DNA of 64,000 nucleotides from Bacillota bacterium (GTDB lineage Bacteria > Bacillota_I > Bacilli_A > RF39 > UBA660): positions 13,551-77,550 of the forward strand of contig SVAK01000004.1 in assembly GCA_015059445.1 (NCBI GenBank), in the 5' to 3' direction. The notes beneath the pieces were generated by a model. It was given only the letters and a program-made list of their open reading frames with translations, did not search any database and was not told the origin of the DNA. Shown in pieces: positions 39,327 through 47,435 of this stretch. The position numbers and the translations under genes are program-made. Each line of letters starts with the position of its first letter. Within the stretch, counting starts at the first letter, position 1.

Positions 39327-40850
39327 ATGAATAAAAAATTTTACATAACAACTCCAATATATTACCCAAGTGCAGAATTTCATATTGGACATTGTTATAC
39401 AACTATAATTGCTGACGCAATTGCAAGATATAAAAGATTAGATGGATATGATGTGTTTTTTCAAACTGGTACAGATGAGCATGGTTTGAAAATTGAAAAC
39501 AAAGCGAAAGAAAAAGGAGTAACTCCAAAAGAATATGTTGATGTAATAATTGAAAATGCAAAAGATTTATGGAAAAATTTAGGTATTTCATATGATTTCT
39601 TTATTAGAACAACAGACGATTTTCATGTAAAAAAAGTACAAGAAATATTTAAAAAATTGTATTTGCAAGGAGATATCTATAAAAGTGAATATCAAGGATT
39701 ATATTGTGTTCCATGTGAATCGTTTTGGACGGAAACTCAATTAGTTGAAGGAAAGTGTCCAGATTGTGGCAGAGAGGTAGAACTTGTTACTGAAGAAGCA
39801 TACTTCTTTAAACTAAGCAAGTATCAAAAAAAATTAGAAGAGTTATATGAAACTAATCCAGAATTTATTCAACCTGTATCACGTAAGAATGAAATGTTGA
39901 ATAATTTTATCAAACCAGGATTAGAAGATTTATGTGTATCAAGAACTAGCTTTAAATGGGGAATTCCGGTATCATTTGATGATAAACATGTTATATATGT
40001 ATGGATTGATGCCTTAACTAATTATATTACTAGTTTAGGATATCCTATTTTGACACCGGAGTTTGAAAAGTATTGGCCAGCAGACTTGCACTTAGTTGGT
40101 AAAGAAATAGTAAGGTTTCATACAATTATTTGGCCGGCAATTTTAATGGCTCTGAATTTACCACTTCCTAAACAAGTTTTTGGTCATGGATGGTTAATAA
40201 TTGATGGTGGTAAAATTAGCAAAAGCAAAGGAAATTATAAAGACCCTCGAGAATACATTTCAGCTTATGGAGTTGATGCTGTTAGATATTTCTCCCTTCG
40301 TGAAGTTCCGTTTGGAAATGACGGAAACTTTTCAGAAGAGGCCTTGATTACCAGAACTAATGCTGATTTATGTAATATCTTAGGAAACTTAGTAAGTAGA
40401 ACAATCCAAATGGGGATAAAATATTTTGAAGGCAAAGTATTTAATAAAAATATTGCTGACGATTTAGACAACGATTTAATTGAATCTACTTATAAATTAA
40501 AAAATCAAATTGATGAAAAAATGAATGAATTAAAAATTAATGAAGCTCTAGAGGATATATTTGATGTACTGCGTAAATGTAATAAATATATTGATGATAC
40601 TACTCCTTGGGTATTAGCTAAAGATGAAAATGCTAGAGATAGACTGGAAACAGTTATTTATAATTTATTAGATTCCATTAGGGTTTGCGCCATTTTATTA
40701 CAAGCATATATTCCAACAACTGCAGCAAAAATATTTGATGGTTTAAAAATAACTGAAACTAGTTTTGCAGCGATTAATAATAAAGTAGAAACTTATGAAT
40801 TAGGATTAGAAAAACCTGCTAATTTATTTGAAAGGATTAAAGAAGATTAA
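39327..40850 (+). CDS. metG: Methionine--tRNA ligase (short form without a C-terminal tRNA-binding domain)
   Basis: HIGH variant (EFHIGHCY), Zn knuckles (CVPCE...CPDCG) and KMSKS variant (KISKSKG). Confidence 0.96.
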   Translation: MNKKFYITTPIYYPSAEFHIGHCYTTIIADAIARYKRLDGYDVFFQTGTDEHGLKIENKAKEKGVTPKEYVDVIIENAKDLWKNLGISYDFFIRTTDDFHVKKVQEIFKKLYLQGDIYKSEYQGLYCVPCESFWTETQLVEGKCPDCGREVELVTEEAYFFKLSKYQKKLEELYETNPEFIQPVSRKNEMLNNFIKPGLEDLCVSRTSFKWGIPVSFDDKHVIYVWIDALTNYITSLGYPILTPEFEKYWPADLHLVGKEIVRFHTIIWPAILMALNLPLPKQVFGHGWLIIDGGKISKSKGNYKDPREYISAYGVDAVRYFSLREVPFGNDGNFSEEALITRTNADLCNILGNLVSRTIQMGIKYFEGKVFNKNIADDLDNDLIESTYKLKNQIDEKMNELKINEALEDIFDVLRKCNKYIDDTTPWVLAKDENARDRLETVIYNLLDSIRVCAILLQAYIPTTAAKIFDGLKITETSFAAINNKVETYELGLEKPANLFERIKED

Positions 40851-41599
40851 TGTTTACTGACAGTCATTGTCATCTATATAAAGAATATTATGATGATATT
40901 CAAGGTGTTCTTAATTTATCAAAAGAAAGTAAAGTTAATAGATATATTAATAATGGATGTGATAAGAGCACTAATGAAGAAGTAGTGTCTTTAGTTAAAA
41001 AATATCATAATATGTATGGTACTTTAGGTATTCATCCTGAGTATGTAGATCAATATACTTTAGAAGATATTAAATTTATTAGTGATAATATAGATAACCC
41101 TAAAATAATTGCTATTGGGGAAATTGGCTTGGATTACCATTACACAAAAGTAAATAGAGAAAAACAAATTGATTTGTTTGAGCTTCAGTTAAAAATGGCA
41201 GAAGAAAACAATATACCAGTAATTATTCACAGTAGAGAAGCTACCTTAGATACTATTAATATTTTAAAAAAATATAATGTAACAGGGATTATTCATTCTT
41301 TTTCTGGAAGTTTAGAAACAGCAAAAGAATATATTAAAATGGGATATTTGATTGGAGTAAATGGAGTAATAACTTTTAAAAATTCTAATGTTAAAAATGT
41401 GATAAAAGAAATACCTTTAGAATACATAGTACTAGAAACAGATTCACCATATTTGACGCCAGAACCTAATAGAGGAAGACAAAATAATCCTAGTCATATT
41501 TTAGACATTGCTAAATTTGTAGGAGATTTAAAAAATATAAATTTAGATGAATTATCTAAAATAACAAATAATAATATTAAAAAACTTTTTAATATATAA
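40850..41599 (+). CDS. tatD: TatD family metal-dependent DNase/hydrolase
   Basis: FTDSHCHL, IGEIGLDYH, IHSREA, HSFSG and ETDSPYL. Confidence 0.9.
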   Translation: MFTDSHCHLYKEYYDDIQGVLNLSKESKVNRYINNGCDKSTNEEVVSLVKKYHNMYGTLGIHPEYVDQYTLEDIKFISDNIDNPKIIAIGEIGLDYHYTKVNREKQIDLFELQLKMAEENNIPVIIHSREATLDTINILKKYNVTGIIHSFSGSLETAKEYIKMGYLIGVNGVITFKNSNVKNVIKEIPLEYIVLETDSPYLTPEPNRGRQNNPSHILDIAKFVGDLKNINLDELSKITNNNIKKLFNI

Positions 41600-41625
41600 A
41601 AACACTATGTATGGAGTTGGTACTG

Positions 41626-42111
41626 TTGAATCATAAAAAGTAATATTATCAAATTCGCATATATAAACGTCTATTAATTATAATTGTGGGATTAGTTATC
41701 ATCTTTTTTAGAGCTAAATAATATACAGAAAGTTTATGAAAATGAAATATTTGTTGATTATGAAGACAATGCTGAAAAAATGTCACATTTGTACTATATT
41801 ATATATAATAATGGAAAATCTTATATTAATTTATCTGAGTTAACTGAATATTTGGGGAACGTTATTATTAGATATAATAATAATATTATTACCCTGGAAA
41901 CAAAACGATATACTTTTTGGGATGAGCTTTGTTATATTATTCGGATGCAGAAATAGTTTATATTATTGAAGAATTTGATTATTTAGAAAAAGGAAATTTT
42001 AGTAGTGGACGGATAATAAAACAACTTACTGTTGCTGATATTTTAAAGGAAAACTCTAATTACAAAGCGTGTTCTGACTTTTTATTAAATAATAAATTAT
42101 TTTATGAATAA
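41626..42111 (+). pseudogene. Possible decayed gene: TM anchor plus a copper-amine-oxidase-N-like 'stalk' domain, broken by an in-frame stop and two frame changes
   Basis: Own translation: TTG 41626 MNHKK*; same frame ..KRLLIIIVGLVIIFFRAK* (stop at 41719); the next frame from 41720 reads NIQKVYENEIFVDY..NNGKSYINLSELTEYLGNVIIRYNNNIITLETK..; a third segment is track ORF 41929..42111. Confidence 0.35.
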
Positions 42112-42157
42112 AAGATGTTGAAAACATTTGAGTTATCAACATTTTTTATTAGAGTTT

Positions 42158-42186
42158 TTGACAAAATATTATAACTTATGTATAAT
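42158..42186 (+). promoter_or_regulatory. Near-consensus sigma-A promoter (TTGACA-17-TATAAT) for the 3D-domain gene and rsmA
   Basis: TTGACA at 42158-42163 and TATAAT at 42181-42186, with a TG immediately upstream. Confidence 0.5.
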
Positions 42187-42210
42187 TTATTTGTATAAAG
42201 AAGGTGACTA

Positions 42211-42741
42211 ATGAAAAGATTTTTTAGCAGAACTATACGTTTAATGATTATTATTCTTTTTGTTATGCTTTCAACTAGTTATGTACATGTTATTGAAACG
42301 AAAACATATAGTAGTAACACTAATAAAACTGTTAATTTATCTACTATGGCTATGAAATTAGAAGAATTAATAGAAAATGATATATATAGCGCAAAGGATA
42401 CTTACACTGGAGATTTAACTGGTTATGTTTATAATTGTCCTTTATGCACTGGATTATTAGCATGTAATTGGCGTTATGATGTAACTGATGGTAAAACAAC
42501 ATATCCGGATGAAACTTATGGTAATGTTAGGATAGTGGCTTCTTCAAAAAATTTACCCTGCGGTACAATTATTAGATTTGATAGTGAGCGAGTATCAGAT
42601 GAACCGACTCTTGCAATTGTGTTAGATCGTGGAGTAAGGGGAAATGCACTTGATTTATTAAGTAAAGATGTTGATTACGCGCTTACATTAGGCAGAAGCG
42701 TGATAACCTACGATGTATTAAGGGAAGGCTGGGGAGATTAA
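42211..42741 (+). CDS. 3D (Asp-Asp-Asp) domain protein, YabE C-terminal-like cell-wall-binding/lytic domain
   Basis: Signal anchor. ...VASSKNLPCGTIIRFD....AIVLDRGVRGNALDLL resembles 3D/DPBB domains. Lies in the yabE slot between tatD and rsmA. Confidence 0.6.
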   Translation: MKRFFSRTIRLMIIILFVMLSTSYVHVIETKTYSSNTNKTVNLSTMAMKLEELIENDIYSAKDTYTGDLTGYVYNCPLCTGLLACNWRYDVTDGKTTYPDETYGNVRIVASSKNLPCGTIIRFDSERVSDEPTLAIVLDRGVRGNALDLLSKDVDYALTLGRSVITYDVLREGWGD

Positions 42742-42754
42742 TCTCATTCTTATT

Positions 42755-43525
42755 ATGAAAGCAAAAAAAAGTTTAGGACAAAATTTTTTAATTGATAAAA
42801 ATATAATAGATAAAATAGAAAATAGCATTAATGCTACTGAAAATGATTTAATTATTGAAATTGGCCCTGGTATGGGCGCACTCACTAAAGTTTTAAAGCA
42901 AAAAAACGCTAATCTTATCTGTTATGAGATTGATCATGATATGATTCCGTATCTAAAAGTATTAGAAGATGAAAAAACCAAAATAATTTTTAATGATATT
43001 TTGCTTAGTAATATTAAAGAAGATATTAAAAATATAAACTATAATAACCTTTTTATAGTAGGTAACTTACCATATTATATAACCACTCCAATAATTAGAT
43101 TTTTAATTGATTTAAAATTGGATATTAAAGAAATGTTGTTTATGGTTCAAGAAGAAGTAGCTGATAGATTTACTGCTCTTCCTGGGACTAAAGAATATGG
43201 AAGTATTACTCTATATTTAAAATATTACTTTAACATTGAAAAATTATTTAGAGTTAGTAAAAATTGTTTTAAACCAGTACCAAAAGTTGAAAGCGCCATT
43301 ATTAGATTTGAAAAAAGGGAAAGACTACCGCAAACTAATGAAGAAAAATACTTTAAATTGATTGTTGATAGCTTTAAAATGAAAAGAAAGACTTTAAAGA
43401 ATAATTTAAGTGGATATAATTTTGATAAAATAAAAAAAATCTTAGTTGAGTTTAATTTATCAGAGTCAGTAAGAGCTGAGGAATTAGATGAGAAAGTATT
43501 TGTTGCGATTAGCAATAACATTTAA
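42755..43525 (+). CDS. rsmA: 16S rRNA (adenine1518/1519-N6)-dimethyltransferase
   Basis: KSLGQNFLIDKNII, EIGPGMGALT and GNLPYYITTPI. Confidence 0.94.
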   Translation: MKAKKSLGQNFLIDKNIIDKIENSINATENDLIIEIGPGMGALTKVLKQKNANLICYEIDHDMIPYLKVLEDEKTKIIFNDILLSNIKEDIKNINYNNLFIVGNLPYYITTPIIRFLIDLKLDIKEMLFMVQEEVADRFTALPGTKEYGSITLYLKYYFNIEKLFRVSKNCFKPVPKVESAIIRFEKRERLPQTNEEKYFKLIVDSFKMKRKTLKNNLSGYNFDKIKKILVEFNLSESVRAEELDEKVFVAISNNI

Positions 43526-43540
43526 TTTATAAATAAAAAA

Positions 43541-43576
43541 TAGAAATATTATTACATAATATTTCTATTTTTTTTG
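43541..43576 (+). terminator. Rho-independent terminator after rsmA
   Basis: TAGAAATATTAT-tac-ATAATATTTCTA perfect 12-bp stem flanked by an A-run and a T-run. Confidence 0.65.
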
Positions 43577-43605
43577 TTTTTGAATAAAATTTATCGGGTG
43601 ATATA

Positions 43606-44379
43606 TTGGAAATTAATAAAGGTGATTTTGTAACAAGAAAAAGCTATAATCATGATACGGTTTTTAAAGTTATTAATATTAAAGATGGAATATATTATTT
43701 AAAAGGTGCAGAAGTAAGACTTTATGCAGATAGTGATTATAGTGATTTAGTAAAATGTGATAAACCGCAGGAAGATTCTTTTAAAGAGGAAACAAGAGCT
43801 ACTAAAGAAGTAGAAAAAAGTGACTATTTTTATTTACCTGGAAAAATTTTGCATATTGATGGCGATAATGAATATTTGGATAAATGTTTAAAATATTATA
43901 AATTTTCGGGAGTGTACGCAATTGGTAAAAAAATTAGAGAGGAAGATATATATGAACAGATAGGTCTACTATTGAAAGATTATAAACCGGATATAGTGAT
44001 AATTACAGGGCATGATGCGTATTATAAGAAAAAAGGCAGCGTAAAAGATAGTGATAACTATAAAAATACTAAGAATTTTATTAAGGCTGTAAAAGCCGCT
44101 AGAAATTATGAAAAAAGTCATGAAAAATTAGTTATTATTGCTGGAGCTTGTCAAAGTAATTATGAAGAACTGATAAAAGCTGGAGCAAACTTTGCTTCAA
44201 GTCCTAAAAGAGTTAATATACATGCCTTGGATCCTGCTATTATTGCCGTTACTGTAGCGTTAACAGAAAGAAACAGAGAAATAGATTTAAAAACAGTTTT
44301 AGATAAAACAAAATATGGTAAAGATGGTATGGGGGGAATTATGGGCAATGGTTTAATGTATGTGGGGTATCCGAGATAG
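43606..44379 (+). CDS. yabG: Sporulation-specific protease YabG (peptidase U57)
   Basis: GDFVTRKSYNHDTVFKVINI...LKGAEVRLYADSDYSDL and a C-terminal ...GACQSNYE... Conserved position after rsmA and before veg. TTG start. Confidence 0.8.
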   Translation: MEINKGDFVTRKSYNHDTVFKVINIKDGIYYLKGAEVRLYADSDYSDLVKCDKPQEDSFKEETRATKEVEKSDYFYLPGKILHIDGDNEYLDKCLKYYKFSGVYAIGKKIREEDIYEQIGLLLKDYKPDIVIITGHDAYYKKKGSVKDSDNYKNTKNFIKAVKAARNYEKSHEKLVIIAGACQSNYEELIKAGANFASSPKRVNIHALDPAIIAVTVALTERNREIDLKTVLDKTKYGKDGMGGIMGNGLMYVGYPR

Positions 44380-44591
44380 TGAATATAGATTTAGTTAGAC
44401 AGAAAATAATGAATAATTTAAATAAAAAGGTTAAAGTTACAGTTCATGGTCTCAGAAATAAGGTTTCTAGATATGAAGGTGTTCTTTATAAAACATATCC
44501 AAATATATTTTCTATAATAGAAGATGGTGTGGAAAAAAGTTTTTCATATAACGATTATATAACTGGAGATGTAAAGATTAAATTTCTATAA
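44379..44591 (+). CDS. veg: Veg protein
   Basis: ...LNKKVKVTVHGLRNKVSRYEGVLYKTYPNIFSI...SFSYNDYITGDVKIKF aligns with B. subtilis Veg. Confidence 0.82.
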   Translation: MNIDLVRQKIMNNLNKKVKVTVHGLRNKVSRYEGVLYKTYPNIFSIIEDGVEKSFSYNDYITGDVKIKFL

Positions 44592-44620
44592 AAAAACATA
44601 TCAGTTAAGATATGATTTTT
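44592..44620. terminator. Bidirectional terminator between convergent veg and the 187-aa gene
   Basis: AAAAA-CATATC-agttaa-GATATG-ATTTTT. Confidence 0.55.
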
Positions 44621-44622
44621 TA

Positions 44623-45186
44623 TTACATTAAAGGTGTATCACTAAATGGTATAGGTTTATGGTTTTTTTCGCGATGTTTTTTCCAAGTTGGATAAATATT
44701 GAATATACCCTCATAATAGTCCTTTGATGGTAGTAATTCTAATTCTTGAATTGTTTGACAATTGGTAGCTATAAAGAAAGCGTATCCATATAATCTATCA
44801 ATGTCATTAATTGAAATACTATCTTTTTCAATTAGATTTGCTATCATTTCAAAAAATTGCAAATATTGAACTATATGTTTTCTATCATTATCAGTAAAAG
44901 TGTTATTACCTTCCGAAAACATAAAATCTAATTTTTCATAGGTTATAGTTATTCCTGAGTTAGAACCATCGGTAAAATGTTTATATGTTTCTAATATGAA
45001 ATTACACTCATCAATATCAGCAGAACGTTTCATTTCATAGAAGACAGAAATAAATCCTACTATTGTAGTAAGTGTTGTAAAAAGTGTTGTTAAGACATTT
45101 CCGATACTAGGTTCTAATACTTGTAATGCAAAAATAATTAGCAAAACTATTATTACAGTAAAAAATAAACTTTTAGAATTTTTCAA
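44623..45186 (-). CDS. Orphan membrane protein (two N-terminal TMs plus a ~135-aa cytoplasmic domain); faint resemblance to DUF4760-type proteins
   Basis: Strong AAGGAGG SD and a TTG start. Opposite strand to all neighbours. ...RKHIVQYLQFFEMIANLIEKDSISINDIDRLYGYAFF... No catalytic motif recognised. Confidence 0.6.
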   Translation of the reverse strand: MKNSKSLFFTVIIVLLIIFALQVLEPSIGNVLTTLFTTLTTIVGFISVFYEMKRSADIDECNFILETYKHFTDGSNSGITITYEKLDFMFSEGNNTFTDNDRKHIVQYLQFFEMIANLIEKDSISINDIDRLYGYAFFIATNCQTIQELELLPSKDYYEGIFNIYPTWKKHREKNHKPIPFSDTPLM

Positions 45187-45392
45187 GTTATACCTCCTTA
45201 TAATTATAATATCATAAGATTATATTTTTTTATAGGCGTTTGACATTAATATTAAAACCTAATGTGGCTAAGTGAGAAAAAAAGTAAGAACCTCTAGCAA
45301 AGCATTTTATTAGATGTAATAATTTAAAGGTCGCGTCCCATTTTTAATGGTAAAAAAATGATTATTTTGTAAACTGGCATGTTACAAAATGG

Positions 45393-45421
45393 TTGAAAAA
45401 AATATTGCGATGATTTACAAT
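45393..45421 (+). promoter_or_regulatory. Sigma-A-type promoter of spoVG (TTGAAA-17-TACAAT)
   Basis: TTGAAA at 45393-45398 and TACAAT at 45416-45421. Confidence 0.45.
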
Positions 45422-45457
45422 GTAATTAAGTTATATACAAGGTAAGGAGCGGAGAAA

Positions 45458-45736
45458 ATGGAAATTACAAAAGTGTATGTAAATAGAGTAAATAAAGAAG
45501 GTTCAAAACTTAAAGGTTATGCAACTATTGAAATTGACGGTTGTTTAGAAATTAATAATATTAGAATTATTGAAGGTAAAGAAAGAATATTTTGTGCTAT
45601 GCCAAGCCGAAAAATAAATGACGAAAAATTTGAGGATTATGTTCACCCAAAAAATCAAGAAACTAGAGATATGTTTGAAAATAAGATTTTAGAAGAATAT
45701 AATAATCCAACAATAAAAAAAGAAACAGAAGATTAG
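45458..45736 (+). CDS. spoVG: Septation/regulatory protein SpoVG
   Basis: MEITKVYVNRVNKEGSKLKGYATIEIDGCLEINNIRIIEGKERIFCAMPSRK..., the classical SpoVG sequence. Confidence 0.92.
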   Translation: MEITKVYVNRVNKEGSKLKGYATIEIDGCLEINNIRIIEGKERIFCAMPSRKINDEKFEDYVHPKNQETRDMFENKILEEYNNPTIKKETED

Positions 45737-45787
45737 TGCGAGAGTACTAATTTTTTTTATTTGGAATATGATTAACTAGGAGGATTT

Positions 45788-46078
45788 ATGGAAAGTATCA
45801 TGGAAACGAATAATTATGGTAGTCATGAAGTTAAAATAACAGATAGAAACGTAATAAGTTTAAGTGGGATAAATAAGATAAGCAGTTTTGATGATCAAGA
45901 ATTTTTGTTGGAATCAAATATGGGAATTATTTTATTAAAAGGAACAGGATTAGAAATAATTAAATTAGATACTCATGATGGTAATGTTAAAATTAAAGGT
46001 AAGTTAATCAGTTTTGCATATATTGAAAATGTTAAAAAAAATAAAGAAGAAAGTCTTATTTCTAAATTATTTAAATAA
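45788..46078 (+). CDS. yabP: Sporulation protein YabP
   Basis: HEVKITDRNVISLSGINKISSFDDQEFLLESNMGIILLKGTGLEI...SKLFK matches YabP. Confidence 0.85.
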   Translation: MESIMETNNYGSHEVKITDRNVISLSGINKISSFDDQEFLLESNMGIILLKGTGLEIIKLDTHDGNVKIKGKLISFAYIENVKKNKEESLISKLFK

Positions 46079-46377
46079 TGAATAGCAAAATGCAATTATT
46101 ATCTTTTTTAATTTCTTTTATATTTGGAATATTCTTTTATCTTTTAACGATTTTGAATTTCAAATTAATCGAGAATTTGAAAAGATATATTCAACACATT
46201 TTAACATTTGTATATGTTTTAGATATTATTATTATTTATATTATTATTTTTTATCATATAAATAGAGGGTATTTTCATGTTTATTTCATATTAATGGTAT
46301 TTGTCGGATTTTTTATAGGCCATATTTTATATAAAAAATTAATAAGTAAAATAGATGTCAATAGTCTTTTTAAGTAA
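46078..46377 (+). CDS. yabQ: Spore cortex biosynthesis membrane protein YabQ
   Basis: Polytopic small membrane protein immediately after yabP (ATGA overlap). Confidence 0.6.
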   Translation: MNSKMQLLSFLISFIFGIFFYLLTILNFKLIENLKRYIQHILTFVYVLDIIIIYIIIFYHINRGYFHVYFILMVFVGFFIGHILYKKLISKIDVNSLFK

Positions 46378-46432
46378 TTGAAAAATACTATGACATGTGC
46401 TAGTATCTAAAATGAAATAGGATGGATAAATA

Positions 46433-46732
46433 ATGCGCGCTAGGACTAGTAAAAAAGAAAGAAAAAGATTAGTTTTGATTTCAGTGGCAATAATATCGTT
46501 GCTAGTTTTTTTAGTCGGCAGTGTTTATAGTGATTGGAAACAAATCCTAAAAAACCGAAAATCAGAATCTATGCTTTCTCAAAAATACGAGCAGCTTTTA
46601 GAAGATGAATTGAGATTAAGCGCTGAGATAATTAAGTTACAAGATGATGAATATTTAGCACGATACGCTAAAGAAAAATATATGTTATCTGCTGAAGGCG
46701 ATACAATAATTAAAATGGATGAAACTCAATAA
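46433..46732 (+). CDS. divIC: Septum formation initiator DivIC/FtsB family
   Basis: Basic N-terminus, one TM, then a coiled coil (...LEDELRLSAEIIKLQDDEYLARYAKEKY). Synteny after yabQ. Confidence 0.72.
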   Translation: MRARTSKKERKRLVLISVAIISLLVFLVGSVYSDWKQILKNRKSESMLSQKYEQLLEDELRLSAEIIKLQDDEYLARYAKEKYMLSAEGDTIIKMDETQ

Positions 46733-46748
46733 TTTGAGTTTTTTTTTA
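46722..46748. terminator. Terminator between convergent divIC and clpP
   Basis: AACTCAA-taat-TTGAGTT followed by T9, with an A-run on the other side. Confidence 0.55.
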
Positions 46749-46759
46749 TAAAAAAATAG

Positions 46760-47335
46760 CTAATCTGCTATTATTTCATCAATTAAGCCATATTCTAAAG
46801 CATCTTCTGGATCCATAAAGTTATCCCTTTCAGTGTCACTTTCTATTATTTTAATATCTTTATCAGTAACATTAGATAATATACGATTAAGTTTATCTCT
46901 AATTTTTAATATTCTTTCCGCGGCAATTTTTATGTCTGTTGCTTGTCCTTGTGTTCCCCCGAGTGGTTGATGAATCATAATTTCAGAATTAGGAAGACTA
47001 CATCTTTTACCTTTTGTACCATTAGCTAGTAAAAAAGCGCCCATACTAGCTGCAAGACCAATACAAATAGTTTTTACATCACTTTTTATATAATTCATTG
47101 TATCATAAATAGCCATTCCGCTAGTTATGGAACCTCCTGGAGAGTTTATATATAAATAAATATCATTATGGTTAAGGCTATCTAAATAAAGCAATTCGGA
47201 TACTACAATGCTAGAAAGATTATCGTTTATTTCTCCATTAATAAAAACAATTCGGTCATTTAATAATCGAGAGTATAAATCATATGCATATTCTTTATTA
47301 TCACTTTTTTCAATAATTGTTGGAATTATATTCAT
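46760..47335 (-). CDS. clpP: ATP-dependent Clp protease proteolytic subunit
   Basis: [14 protein letters not shown], the catalytic Ser in GLAASMGAF and His in MIHQPLGG. Confidence 0.96.
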   Translation of the reverse strand: MNIIPTIIEKSDNKEYAYDLYSRLLNDRIVFINGEINDNLSSIVVSELLYLDSLNHNDIYLYINSPGGSITSGMAIYDTMNYIKSDVKTICIGLAASMGAFLLANGTKGKRCSLPNSEIMIHQPLGGTQGQATDIKIAAERILKIRDKLNRILSNVTDKDIKIIESDTERDNFMDPEDALEYGLIDEIIAD

Positions 47336-47435
47336 ATTTTCACCTATAATTATAATATAAAAAATAGTAAGTTTTTATTCAAAAAAATAGTAATTTATGA
47401 TAAACTAATTTATAGTAAAGGGTTGGCTTAGAAAG

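Noticed and set aside
42116-42147. A pair of DnaA-box-like 9-mers, TGTTGAAAA (42116) and TTATCAACA (42133), far from oriC.
   Set aside because: The two form the arms of an inverted repeat (ATGTTGA...TCAACAT) followed by a T-run directly after a stop codon. This is a terminator hairpin rather than a DnaA-binding cluster.
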